From positions 4,244 to 68,243 of the forward strand of contig DATKVX010000039.1 in the NCBI GenBank assembly GCA_035529855.1: a stretch of DNA of 64,000 nucleotides, in the 5' to 3' direction. A program made the translations under genes and the position numbers. The notes under the pieces are model-generated. The model was given only the letters and a program-made list of their open reading frames with translations. It was not told the DNA's origin and searched no databases. Shown here in pieces: positions 9,318 to 18,702 of this stretch (position 1 is its first letter; each line of letters begins with the position of its first letter). This stretch comes from a bacterium. GTDB lineage: Bacteria > RBG-13-66-14 > B26-G2 > WVWN01.

Positions 9318-10970
9318 TTGGACAAACATATTAGAATATTGCTGCTGATTATATTGGCGTCGGCATTGGGGCTCGTCACGTTGGGCCGCTACGATTTGCG
9401 ACCCTGGGACGAGCCTTTTTACGCGCTCCGCGCCCGGGCCGCAGCGGAAGACGACGCCTGGCTCGACCAGAACGACTACTGCCCCAACCGCATGGCGAAC
9501 GCGTGCTACCCGCCGCTGTTCGTGTGGCTCGCCGGCGCGACGATGAAAGTGCTCGGGCCCAACGAGTTCGCCGCGCGTTTGTGGGCCGCGCTATTGGGCC
9601 TCGCCGCGATACCGATAGCGTACCTCTTGGGTACGCGCCTCTACGGCCGAACCGCCGGCCTGTACGCCGCCGGCGCGCTGGCCGCGCTGCCCGGCTTCGT
9701 GCGCGTGAGCCGCATGGCGCAATTCGACGCCCCGGTGGCGTTTTTCGTTCTGCTGACGTTTTGGCTGTGGGTGGAATACTACCGAAACCGTAGATGGTTA
9801 ACGGCCGTCCTGTGCGGCTTCGCCCTCGGCCTGGCCTTAATGACCAAAATCGCGGTGCCGTTCGTCTTCGTCGCCGCGGCCGCGGCCGCCGTCCTCACCC
9901 CGGGCGGCGGGCCGAACAGGGCCCGGGATGTCGGCGCCCTGGCGCTGGTCGTCGGCGTCGGGCTGGCCGTCGCGGCGCCCTGGCATATCTACATGTACGC
10001 CAAACACGGCGACTATTTCCTCGAGCATTACGCCGGTTACATCCTGCTATACCGCGGCGACGGCATCGCGGCGCAAATAAAACCCGCGACGTCGCCGCTC
10101 CGTTTTCTATTTTATTACAATTCCACCGTAATCTTTTTGAAGGGCGTCGCGCCCTTCTTCTTCGCCGGCCTGGTCGCGCTGCTGGCGTCGAAGGATACCT
10201 GGCGGAACCGGCCCGACCGCCTCGCCGTGGTCCTGTGGGTCGTCTTGTCGCTGGCGGTCCTGATGGTAGTTCGGTTCAAACGGGAGATATACCTCGCGGC
10301 CATATTGGCGCCGATGTGCGTTATAGCCGGCGGTTGGCTCGCGAAATTCGGCCGGGCGCAGCTAGGGAAAGTCGGCGCGGCCGTCCTGGCCGGGGCGGCG
10401 CTCTTCGCCGGCGGCTGGGCGGACTCCTCCCGGGTGCGGGGACCGTTCGTCGCCTGGATTACCCCCGAGTTCGCGCGCGGGAACGGCGGTTGGATGCTCA
10501 CGGCGGCCGCCGCCGCGGCCGCGACCGCGCTGGCCTTCGCCTTCTACTTCTGGTACCGGCGGGCGCCGAAGGCCGCCGCCGCAACCCTCCTGGTCGCGAT
10601 ATACGTCCAGCTCGCGACGGGGGCCGTAGGCCAACTCGTGTACGGCCGGCGGGACTGGCAGCCGCTCAAGGGCCGGCTGGAGGACGCGCGCTACGCCGGC
10701 GTGGTGATGGTAACCGCCGACGAGTTGCCGACGCACCTCTTCTACTTCCACCGCCTTATGCCGGGCTTCGGCGGCGCCGAGCGGTTGATGTTGAACCCGA
10801 CGTGGACGCGGGTGGACCCGGCGTACTTGGAGGAGCATTACCGGGAGGGCTATCTAATTCTTCTGGATAAGGAGACGAGGCCCGAGCTGGCGGCGCGGCT
10901 GGCGGCCGGCCTCGAGCGAAGCGGCGGCTCCCGCGTGGAGTCGGGGCGCTATATCCTATTCATTAAATAG
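9318..10970 (+). CDS. GT-C glycosyltransferase (ArnT/PMT-like, GT39/GT83-type), paralog 2. TTG start with a GGGAGG RBS.
   Basis: The N-terminal motif is RPWDEPFYALRA, the 'DE' acidic motif of ArnT/PMT. It has about 12 TM helices plus a C-terminal soluble domain. Confidence 0.7.
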   Translation: MDKHIRILLLIILASALGLVTLGRYDLRPWDEPFYALRARAAAEDDAWLDQNDYCPNRMANACYPPLFVWLAGATMKVLGPNEFAARLWAALLGLAAIPIAYLLGTRLYGRTAGLYAAGALAALPGFVRVSRMAQFDAPVAFFVLLTFWLWVEYYRNRRWLTAVLCGFALGLALMTKIAVPFVFVAAAAAAVLTPGGGPNRARDVGALALVVGVGLAVAAPWHIYMYAKHGDYFLEHYAGYILLYRGDGIAAQIKPATSPLRFLFYYNSTVIFLKGVAPFFFAGLVALLASKDTWRNRPDRLAVVLWVVLSLAVLMVVRFKREIYLAAILAPMCVIAGGWLAKFGRAQLGKVGAAVLAGAALFAGGWADSSRVRGPFVAWITPEFARGNGGWMLTAAAAAAATALAFAFYFWYRRAPKAAAATLLVAIYVQLATGAVGQLVYGRRDWQPLKGRLEDARYAGVVMVTADELPTHLFYFHRLMPGFGGAERLMLNPTWTRVDPAYLEEHYREGYLILLDKETRPELAARLAAGLERSGGSRVESGRYILFIK

Positions 10971-10997
10971 GACCGGGACCGGTTATTACTCGAGCCG

Positions 10998-11025
10998 AAG
11001 AAAAAGCCGCCCGGGAGGGCGGCGT
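10998..11025 (-). terminator. Rho-independent terminator candidate for the minus-strand gene 11142-11510.
   Basis: The hairpin GCCGCCC-GGGA-GGGCGGC is followed on the minus strand by a T-run (CTTTTTCTT). Confidence 0.45.
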
Positions 11026-11141
11026 CTCAATACGAACTTAAACCTACTCCCCCGTACAAATCCCGCGCCGTCAGCAACTCCGGCGCGACCTCGCGGCCCC
11101 CTTTGAAACTGCGGAAAGAGACGCCGGAACCGCGGCCCCGT

Positions 11142-11510
11142 TCACCTCAACCCGTTCTGGCTCTTATCCGTAACCAGGCCGTTTTTAAACGTTATCGTCG
11201 CCTGGCCTTTCGCCGTATCTTTCCACGTGTAGAACTCGAGCCGCTCGCCGGCCAATTCCATCTGCGCGGTCCGGACGCCCGCGCCGCCGAAGATCGCGGC
11301 GACTTCCTGATGCGTCGTCCCAACTTGAATCCGGTCATAATTCGCGAGCGTGACGTTCGGCGAGCCCGGCCCCTGCGCCACGTCTATTACGTCGCCGACG
11401 TTGAAGACGCCGGCCAGGAATACGGCCGCCGCCACCGTCACGACGCAGCACAGCAGCAGCACCACCGCCACGAGGACGACTATCAACCATACCTTAGCGG
11501 TCCTGGTCAC
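11142..11510 (-). CDS. Small membrane-anchored protein with a BLIP/PepSY-like fold (?).
   Basis: One N-terminal TM helix (VWLIVVLVAVVLLLCCVV) is followed by a domain of about 80 aa: NYDRIQVGTTHQEVAAIFGG...ATITFKNG. Confidence 0.45.
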   Translation of the reverse strand: MTRTAKVWLIVVLVAVVLLLCCVVTVAAAVFLAGVFNVGDVIDVAQGPGSPNVTLANYDRIQVGTTHQEVAAIFGGAGVRTAQMELAGERLEFYTWKDTAKGQATITFKNGLVTDKSQNGLR

Positions 11511-12582
11511 CGCGTCCCGCCTTCGCCGCGGCCTCGAACTTCTTCAGCTGTTCGTCGAAGAACTCGTTCGTCGCGTCGGCCCCGAGCGCCTTCTTTTCCC
11601 ACTCGAGCGCCTTGCCGTACTCGCCCGCGGCGTAGTACGCCTCGGCTACGGTGTCCATAACGTTGGCGTCGTCCGGCGTAAGCGCGTGCGCCATAAGCGC
11701 GAGCTCGAGCGCCCGGGCCGGGTAGAGCTTCCGCGTCGCGAGGGCCCAGGCGAAGTCGTTAAGGGTCGCGGCGTCGGCGGCGCCCGCCGCGGCGACGCGG
11801 TCCATTATAGCGAGCGCGTACGCGGCCTCCCTGTCGCCGCCGAGCGCGAGATATCGTTCGACGAGAAACTTGAATTCCCAGAGGTCGTAAATACGCTTGA
11901 GCTCGGCCACCGGCTCGGCGTGGTCGTCGACGCGGACGTCGACCATACGGTCCGTCTTGCCCTGGTAGCCGCCGCCCTCGCGGACGACGAGGAGCGCCGC
12001 GGACTCCTTGCCGCGTTTGTCGCCGCCCGCGGCGTCGCCGGCCTTGAGCGCCTCGAGCAGCCGCCGCGCCAGCGGCCCCTCGGCCGAGATGTACGCCCGT
12101 TCCATCTCCGTTAGAACTTCCTCGCCGACCAGAATATTACCCTGGACCGAGTAGCCGTCGCCGGCGATATGGCCCGACCACGCGGGCGCCCCCTCGCCGG
12201 TGAAGACGGCGACGTTGCCGGCGGCGTCGACTATCGCGACCTGGCGCCGCGGGGCTTCCGCGTCATTCTCGCGCAAGCTCTCGAGCGCCTCCTCCGCCGA
12301 CAGTCCCTCCGCCAGCAGCTCGAGCCCCTCGACGCCGTAGTCGAGGTTGGCGTACGCCTGCGTCGCCACCGCGCCCGCGCCGGCCTTCGCCCACGGGACG
12401 ATGTACCCGGCCGCCAGAACCCTCGAGGCGACGGCCACGCCCCACTCGCCGGCTTCGGCGTCGTACGCCACGATGGAGAAGGTCCCCGCGTAATTCCCTA
12501 CCGAGCCGCCGTACGTAGGCAAACGCCCGAGGGATAAAAAGGCGGCGGTTAATGCCATAATGCCGTGTATTTTCATGCTCAC
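11494..12582 (-). CDS. DUF1028 (Ntn-hydrolase-like) protein with C-terminal TPR repeats; secreted.
   Basis: The signal peptide MKIHGIMALTAAFLSLG is followed by GTFSIVAYD... (DUF1028 N-terminal Thr/Ser) and C-terminal TPR-like helices. An AGGTG RBS precedes the GTG/ATG. Confidence 0.5.
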   Translation of the reverse strand: MSMKIHGIMALTAAFLSLGRLPTYGGSVGNYAGTFSIVAYDAEAGEWGVAVASRVLAAGYIVPWAKAGAGAVATQAYANLDYGVEGLELLAEGLSAEEALESLRENDAEAPRRQVAIVDAAGNVAVFTGEGAPAWSGHIAGDGYSVQGNILVGEEVLTEMERAYISAEGPLARRLLEALKAGDAAGGDKRGKESAALLVVREGGGYQGKTDRMVDVRVDDHAEPVAELKRIYDLWEFKFLVERYLALGGDREAAYALAIMDRVAAAGAADAATLNDFAWALATRKLYPARALELALMAHALTPDDANVMDTVAEAYYAAGEYGKALEWEKKALGADATNEFFDEQLKKFEAAAKAGRGDQDR

Positions 12583-12674
12583 GTTAAAGCACCTCGTAGT
12601 CCGTTTGCTCAACCGGCTCGCCGCCGTCGCGTCGAACCGGCCGGCCTAACCACATCCCATAAACGTCCATAACC

Positions 12675-13148
12675 CTACTCGCCGACGGGATGGCCGAAAT
12701 ACGCCACCTCGAACTCGCGAAGCAGCGACCGCAGCGTGGCCACGTGCGCCGGGTCCGTCGACTGCTTGGCCTTCATCGCGTAATACATTATCTTGTGTAG
12801 CAACGTGAGCCGGGTAACGTACTCGCCGTACGCCCCGCCCTCGTCGGCGCCGACGGCCTTGATGCGTTGGGCCATGAAGTAGTCGGCGACGACGCCCATA
12901 ATATCGTCGGCGTGGTATTCTTTGGTGTTGACCCAGCGGACGATTTGATTAAAATTCAGCTCGCCTTCGGCCGAAAGCTCGTCTATCATCTTCATGCACT
13001 TTTCGACCGTGGTTATATCTTCGGCGATAACCTTTATACGGATCTCGTCGTCGTAAATACCGCACGGAACCTGGCAATGCGAAAAGGCCGCCGGCGCTAA
13101 AACCACCCCGGCCGACATCAAACACATCGCCGCGAAAGCCCCCTTCAT
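12675..13148 (-). CDS. sodN: Nickel superoxide dismutase (NiSOD) with a Sec-type signal peptide.
   Basis: The Ni-hook motif HCQVPCGIYDD (compare canonical HCDLPCGVYDP) comes immediately after the predicted signal peptide MKGAFAAMCLMSAGVVLAPAAFS. The body is a four-helix bundle of about 130 aa. Confidence 0.75.
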   Translation of the reverse strand: MKGAFAAMCLMSAGVVLAPAAFSHCQVPCGIYDDEIRIKVIAEDITTVEKCMKMIDELSAEGELNFNQIVRWVNTKEYHADDIMGVVADYFMAQRIKAVGADEGGAYGEYVTRLTLLHKIMYYAMKAKQSTDPAHVATLRSLLREFEVAYFGHPVGE

Positions 13149-13345
13149 CTCGCACCTCCTATTTCACCCCGCCTAAAAGGATATCGTAACCCAACGGCAT
13201 TTTACCACGGCCGCATTTTTATGCAAACCTTTCTTCAGCCGCGCCGAATAGGTCCTTTTATCCCCGGGCCGCTTTCCGTTTTCGTTTTGACTTGACGCCG
13301 CCGTTATGATAATTTCCGGCGTCAACGTCGAAAGGAGAGCCAGCG

Positions 13346-14446
13346 ATGCCCGAGGTAAAATGCCCCAAGTGCGACACCGCCATACCCTATACCGACGCCG
13401 ACGCGGGAAAGGCCGTCAAGTGCGCGAGCTGCGGCGCCGAGGTGTTCGCGGTCGAGGCCGCCGAAAAACTCATCAGCCTGAAGTGCGCGGGCTGCGGCGG
13501 CACGATAGACCTGCAGCCGGGGATGGCGGAGGCCTTGTGCCAATATTGCGGCGCGTCGTACCTGCTGCCGGCCGCGGCGGCGCCGGTCACCAAGGCCGAC
13601 GTCCCGGAATATATTACGACGTTCAAAATCTTCCAGAACGATATGCTCGAGCACCTGAACAAGTGGCTCGATAAGGGGGTCTTTACCGCCGGCGACGCGG
13701 ACACCGCCGCGGCCGTAACCAAAGCAACCGCCAAATACGTTCCGCTGTACGTCTGCAACTGCGACGCGACCTCCGCGTGGACCGGCCGGAACAGCACTAC
13801 CGAACACCGCACCGTAACGAAGACCCGCACCGACGCCCAGGACGCGCGCTCAACGTATCAGGAGGAGGAACCGTACAAAGAATGGCACAGCGCCTCCGGG
13901 ACCCACGTGGGGCATTACCGCGTCGCGCTGGCGGCCTCGAGCGGCATCCCCCAGGACGACCTGGACAAGCTCGTCGGCGACCCGGGCAACTTTACGAGCG
14001 ACGAGGGGGCCGAGCCGTACGGCCGCGCCGTCCGCGAGGATAACTTCCCGGTGGAGCGCACGGCCTTCGACGCCGCCGAGGCCAAACGGCGGGCCAAGAT
14101 GAAGGTGGAAGCGCTCGAGCGCGCGGCCTGCGAGGGCGAGGTGGAGCGCCTCGGTTCGTGCAGCACCCAGCTCTCGAACCTCACCGCGCGCCTCTCGTAT
14201 CACCCTTTCTGGTGGCTCACTTATTCGTACAAGGCCAAGGCGTACAATTGCGTCATGGACGGCGTGACGGGAGCCGTGACCGGCAAGAAACCCGTAAGCA
14301 AAACGAAAATAGTAATCGCCGTCGTCGTCGCGGTAATCGTCGTCGTATTGATCGTAATAGCGATAGCTTGCCTCGGCGGCGGATACTGCGCGAGCACGTC
14401 GGCGCTATTCGACTGCGTAGTCGAGGGCGCCCGGGCACCGGCCTAA
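13346..14446 (+). CDS. Tandem zinc-ribbon protein with a C-terminal TM anchor.
   Basis: It carries two CxxC...CxxC ribbons (CPKC..CASC and CAGC..CQYC). The C-terminus has the TM helix IVIAVVVAVIVVVLIVIAIA. RBS AAAGGAGAG. Confidence 0.55.
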   Translation: MPEVKCPKCDTAIPYTDADAGKAVKCASCGAEVFAVEAAEKLISLKCAGCGGTIDLQPGMAEALCQYCGASYLLPAAAAPVTKADVPEYITTFKIFQNDMLEHLNKWLDKGVFTAGDADTAAAVTKATAKYVPLYVCNCDATSAWTGRNSTTEHRTVTKTRTDAQDARSTYQEEEPYKEWHSASGTHVGHYRVALAASSGIPQDDLDKLVGDPGNFTSDEGAEPYGRAVREDNFPVERTAFDAAEAKRRAKMKVEALERAACEGEVERLGSCSTQLSNLTARLSYHPFWWLTYSYKAKAYNCVMDGVTGAVTGKKPVSKTKIVIAVVVAVIVVVLIVIAIACLGGGYCASTSALFDCVVEGARAPA

Positions 14447-14466
14447 TATCCCAAGAGGACGGTGCG

Positions 14467-14502
14467 TAAAAAAAGCCGCCGGCTAAGCCGGCGGTTTTTT
14501 CC
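14467..14502. terminator. Bidirectional rho-independent terminator between convergent genes.
   Basis: AAAAAAA-GCCGCCGGC-TAA-GCCGGCGG-TTTTTT. Confidence 0.7.
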
Positions 14503-14518
14503 AAAATCGATACGGCCC

Positions 14519-15016
14519 TTATCGGCGCCGGAATTCCCTCTCCAGTATCGGCCCGACCTTCTGGAACGCCTCGAACGGCTTGACCGACAACTTCTTCCCG
14601 TACCACCCGTTCAATAATGCGACGTACTTCTTCACTTCCGGGTTCTGGTAGACGCGGATGAAGCGGTACGCGAAGTATCTGATGTCGTTCTTATTTATAT
14701 TGTCCATTACGTACATGCGGGCGATGTTCTCGTAGACATAGAGCAGTTTATCCAGCTTTTTCTCCTGGTCGGTTTGCAGCACGCTCTCGTCGAACTTGAA
14801 CCGCTCGTAATCTATTTCGTAATACAGCTCCACCAGGTCCGGGTCCAACAAGTAATCCCGGGCGAGCGTAATTAAAAACTCGGCGCGTTTCTGCAGAAGG
14901 TTCTTCCGCATCTGAACGAAGTTCGTTATCAGGCCGACGAACGTCAGCAACAACAAACTGGCCAGGATAACGTTGCCCATCGTAATTTCCGGGTTCCACA
15001 CCAACATAATGTTCAC
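14519..15016 (-). CDS. Hypothetical single-TM protein. GC is lower than the neighbours. A 4-bp gap after the GT-C/TPR gene suggests they share an operon.
   Basis: MNIMLVWNPEITMGNVILASLLLLTFVGLITNF... I recognised no family. Confidence 0.45.
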   Translation of the reverse strand: MNIMLVWNPEITMGNVILASLLLLTFVGLITNFVQMRKNLLQKRAEFLITLARDYLLDPDLVELYYEIDYERFKFDESVLQTDQEKKLDKLLYVYENIARMYVMDNINKNDIRYFAYRFIRVYQNPEVKKYVALLNGWYGKKLSVKPFEAFQKVGPILEREFRRR

Positions 15017-15020
15017 CTTT

Positions 15021-17201
15021 TTACCGGACTACCAGGCGCTCGAAATCGGACCTGCCGCGCAGCGACGCGAGGTCCCCGTCCTCTGCAGCCATTTTCTTAT
15101 AACGGGCCGGCGCGAGTTCTACGGCGCGGCCTAGCTCCGCCATCGCTTCGTCGCCGCGGCCTTGCTGTGCCAGCGCGCACGCCAGGTTGTACCTCGCCCG
15201 GGGGTCTTCGCCCATCTTTAAGATAACGCGGTACTCCCGCGCCGCCGCGGCGTAGTCGCCCATTTGATGGAGGACCTCGGCCAGCCTGTGCCTGACGTCC
15301 AGGGCCTTCGGCTCGTAGTACGCCGCCTCCTCATAATAGTCGCGGGCCTGCTCGAGGTCGCCCCGGTCGCGGGTGACGTTGCCCAGCTCGTACCAGGCCG
15401 CGCTGAAGTTGGGCTGGAAGTGAACGGAACGTTCTAATTTCTCGGCGGCGCCGTCGATGTCGCCTTCCCCCAAAAGGAGTTTACCGTAGAAATAATACGC
15501 CCGGCCGTCCTCGGGCTCCAAAGTTAGCGCGCGCTCGTAGCACTCGCGCGCCCCCTCCACGTCGCCGGCCTGCGCGCGGATGTTGCCTATGTTATTCCAC
15601 GCCTTGGCGTACGTGGGTTCTACCTTGGCCACCAGCCGGAAGTAATATTCCGCCTTTTCCATATCGCCCCGCCGCGCGGCGATGATGCCGAGGTCGTTGA
15701 GCGTGTTCATGCCGGCGATTTCCCAATCCGCCTCCAGCGCCGCCTCGTACTCGCGCTCGGCGGCGTCGAAGTCGCCGTCGGCGAGGTATACCGTACCCAT
15801 CGCATAATGCCCTTGCGCCTCGAACTTCGACTGCCGGCCTATTCCGAACGGGTCCGCATCGCAGAATACGAACAGCGCCGCGAGCGCCGCGACGCGCCAA
15901 CCGATTCGTACGCCGCGCCACCGCCGCAAATTTTCCCAGAAATAGAAGAAAGCCGCGGCGGCGAAAACGCAAAAATAAGGCACGACCGGCATCCGGAAAC
16001 GCGCGTTCACGAAGAACAATATCACCGACGCCGAATAGGCGACGACATAAATATACGACGGCGCCAATTGCCGCCACCGCCGCGCATATAGAATCATTCC
16101 GAAGAAGGCGAACGGTAAAACGACGTACAGGCTCACCGGGTCGTATTTCAACACCCAGAAATGCTTTTTCAAATAATAGAGGTCGAAATTGTTCGCGACC
16201 TCGTACGCGTTCGTGAAGAAATAAGTTTTCTGCGCTAGTAACCTGAGCGCCGTCAACGGCTCCGTGCGACCGAACTCGGCTACGCGAGCCAGGTAGTAGT
16301 GATCTACTTCGGAACGGCTTAGCGGCCTGCCGACGGCCTCCTCCGCCATCCGTATCGATTCGTAATGGCCCCGCCACCAGTCGCCGTGGGTCCCCGGCAC
16401 CATCGCCGTCATACCGTCCGCTTCGGGGTTGTTGCCTATCCACAGGTTGACGCCGCCCTGCCAGGATATCAGGACCGGCTCCCGGGCGACGGCGTAGTTC
16501 CGCGCCGCCACCGCGCCCACGAACGCCCCGGCGAGGCCGTACAAGATAGCGAGCGATACGATTATACGTCGCCGCGGCAAACGCTTCCCGGCCCGGGCCG
16601 CGACGTACGCCAGCCAGATGAAGGCCGCCACCGCGAGAACGTTGGGCCTGGTTATAGCGGCCAACCCCAGCGCTACGCCCGCCGCCGCGGCCCACCGGTA
16701 ATTGCCGGTCTTCGCCGAACGCACGACGGCGTACACGAACGCGAGCCCCAGCGGGACCTCCAGCACCACCAACAACAATTCAACGTCGTAAAAGACGGCG
16801 GTCCATATCGTGCCCAGCGCGACCGCCGCTACGGCGCCCACCCGCCGGTCGAAGAACTCGCGGCCCAGGAGGAAACAAAGCCCCGCGCTTAAGCCGCCTA
16901 CGAAACCCTGCGCTACGCGCGCAAACAGGACCGACCCTTTACCCAACCAGTACAATAACCCCAAAAAGTACGGGTACAGCGGCGCCCGGAAGAAAACCTC
17001 GTCCCCCCAGAAGTCGCCGCCGGCGATGCGACGCGCCCACGCGTCGTGGTAGGACATATCCATAACGGGGGTCCGGTAGTACGCGTGGTCGCCGGCCGTC
17101 GCCAGCAAGAGCAACCGGACGGCGACGGCCCACACCACGACGCCGGCCAGTATTAACCAATCGCGCCGCGTCCAACCCTTATCCACTTCTTCCGTTACCA
17201 T
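15021..17201 (-). CDS. GT-C glycosyltransferase (ArnT/PMT-like) fused to a C-terminal TPR array, paralog 3.
   Basis: The N-terminal 480 aa or so are polytopic (...FWGDEVFFRAPLYPYFLGL...). The C-terminus carries at least 6 TPR repeats (AWNNIGNIRAQAGDVEGARECYERAL..). Confidence 0.7.
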   Translation of the reverse strand: MVTEEVDKGWTRRDWLILAGVVVWAVAVRLLLLATAGDHAYYRTPVMDMSYHDAWARRIAGGDFWGDEVFFRAPLYPYFLGLLYWLGKGSVLFARVAQGFVGGLSAGLCFLLGREFFDRRVGAVAAVALGTIWTAVFYDVELLLVVLEVPLGLAFVYAVVRSAKTGNYRWAAAAGVALGLAAITRPNVLAVAAFIWLAYVAARAGKRLPRRRIIVSLAILYGLAGAFVGAVAARNYAVAREPVLISWQGGVNLWIGNNPEADGMTAMVPGTHGDWWRGHYESIRMAEEAVGRPLSRSEVDHYYLARVAEFGRTEPLTALRLLAQKTYFFTNAYEVANNFDLYYLKKHFWVLKYDPVSLYVVLPFAFFGMILYARRWRQLAPSYIYVVAYSASVILFFVNARFRMPVVPYFCVFAAAAFFYFWENLRRWRGVRIGWRVAALAALFVFCDADPFGIGRQSKFEAQGHYAMGTVYLADGDFDAAEREYEAALEADWEIAGMNTLNDLGIIAARRGDMEKAEYYFRLVAKVEPTYAKAWNNIGNIRAQAGDVEGARECYERALTLEPEDGRAYYFYGKLLLGEGDIDGAAEKLERSVHFQPNFSAAWYELGNVTRDRGDLEQARDYYEEAAYYEPKALDVRHRLAEVLHQMGDYAAAAREYRVILKMGEDPRARYNLACALAQQGRGDEAMAELGRAVELAPARYKKMAAEDGDLASLRGRSDFERLVVR

Positions 17202-17277
17202 TGCGGGAATATAACACCGGCCTTACGCCTTCCTCAACACAAATAAAGGTTTGCCTCCGCCCGCGTTTTTACATATT

Positions 17278-18702
17278 ATGGTTCCCGTGGAACGCGCGAA
17301 AGCCCCGTGCCTGCTTATGCTATTGGCGTTCGCGGTCTCGCCGTTGCCCGGCGGCGCCGCGCCGACCGACGAACTGCGCGGCCTGTGGGTATGTCCGTGG
17401 GACGTGAACTCCCCCGCGGCCGTGGACCGCGTTATAAACGCCGCCGCGAGGTACAACTTCAACGCCCTTTTCGTCGAGGTTCGCTACCGCGGCGACGCGC
17501 TCTACGTTCCCAACAAGAACGACGGCCGCTTCCCCAATCCGGAACCCCGCTCCCCCCACCTCGCCGGCCAACCGGCCGACTTCGACCCGCTGGAAGAGAT
17601 AATCGAAAAAGGCCACGCCGCCGGCCTGGAGGTCCACGCCTGGGTAACGACGTACGTCGTTTTGAACCGGAAGACGCCCACGCCGCCCGGCCACCCCGCG
17701 CTCGAGCATCCCGAGTGGTTGAGCCAGAACGGCCGCGGCGAAACGTGGGACCCGCACGGCATGGCCTGGCTCGAGCCCGCGCTGCCCGAAGTCCGGGACT
17801 ACCTCTATAATGTATTCGGCGATATCGTCGCCAACTACGACGTCGACGGCCTGCACCTCGATTACGTCCGCTACCCCTCGCCCGCCTTCGGCCGGCACCC
17901 TAAAGCCATAGAATTATATCAAGCCGAAACCGGGAAGACGCTGGAAGACGCGCAGGCCTTCGCGGACTGGCGCCGGCAAAAAATAAACGCCTTCCTGAAT
18001 CGGCTTTACGACGGCCTTGCCGCGCTTAAGCCCGCTTGCCGGTTTACGGCGGCCGCCTTCGCCTCGCGAAAGGGGACGGCCTATAACGACTGCCTCCAGG
18101 ACTGGACCGCCTGGCTCGAGGGCGGCTACGTAGACGCCGTAATGCCGATGGCGTACAGCCGCGACGCCGGCATAGTAGGCAAGCAAATCGACGACGCCGT
18201 GGGCGTCGCGTCAGGCCGCCACATTTACGCCGGCATTATGGTCCCGGAGGTGGCGGCCGACGAATTCGACGACGCCGTCGGCGAGGAGATGGTCGCGAAG
18301 GGTCGCGCAGCCAGGGAGGCCGGAGCCGACGGATTGGTGGTATTCTCGAGCAAAGGCGCGTTGAAGGAAGACGCGCTCGTCGCCCGGGCGATGCGCGAGG
18401 GATTGTTCGCCGAACCGGCCGAGCCCCCCGAAATGGCTTGGAAGGGCGAAGTACCGCTTGCCGCCGGCGCGGCCGTCGTTACGGTCTACGTAAAAGGCGA
18501 GCCGAGATTCGCCGTACGCGTCGAACAAGACGTCCCGCGCCGCCACGCCTACTTGCTCGCCAAAGAAATCTCGGCGCGCGCGAACGCCGACGTATTCATA
18601 AAAGCCGCGTCCGACCGAACGTACCGCGTCTACGCCGGCGCGTACGACGAGCGCCCCGCCGCGGCCGAACTCCGCGACAAGCTCGCGCGTCTCGGTTATT
18701 AG
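17278..18702 (+). CDS. GH10-like (GHL10/DUF187-type) glycoside hydrolase-like protein with a C-terminal SPOR domain; secreted.
   Basis: The signal peptide is MVPVERAKAPCLLMLLAFAVSPL. The TIM-barrel-like region reads LRGLWVCPWDV...NALFVEVRYRGDALY. The C-terminal SPOR-like region reads RTYRVYAGAYDERPAAAELRDKLARLGY. The ORF-track start is a TTG at 17251, so the true start is uncertain. Confidence 0.5.
   Translation: MVPVERAKAPCLLMLLAFAVSPLPGGAAPTDELRGLWVCPWDVNSPAAVDRVINAAARYNFNALFVEVRYRGDALYVPNKNDGRFPNPEPRSPHLAGQPADFDPLEEIIEKGHAAGLEVHAWVTTYVVLNRKTPTPPGHPALEHPEWLSQNGRGETWDPHGMAWLEPALPEVRDYLYNVFGDIVANYDVDGLHLDYVRYPSPAFGRHPKAIELYQAETGKTLEDAQAFADWRRQKINAFLNRLYDGLAALKPACRFTAAAFASRKGTAYNDCLQDWTAWLEGGYVDAVMPMAYSRDAGIVGKQIDDAVGVASGRHIYAGIMVPEVAADEFDDAVGEEMVAKGRAAREAGADGLVVFSSKGALKEDALVARAMREGLFAEPAEPPEMAWKGEVPLAAGAAVVTVYVKGEPRFAVRVEQDVPRRHAYLLAKEISARANADVFIKAASDRTYRVYAGAYDERPAAAELRDKLARLGY

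Noticed and set aside
9794-10870. A 358-aa plus-strand ORF with extreme Arg/Gly/Pro content, and similar ORFs elsewhere (e.g. 15592-16695, 25655-26221, 29311-30135, 56392-57306, 62901-63776).
   Set aside because: These are alternate-frame or antisense artefacts of high-GC coding DNA. Each is fully contained within a well-supported gene on the other frame or strand.
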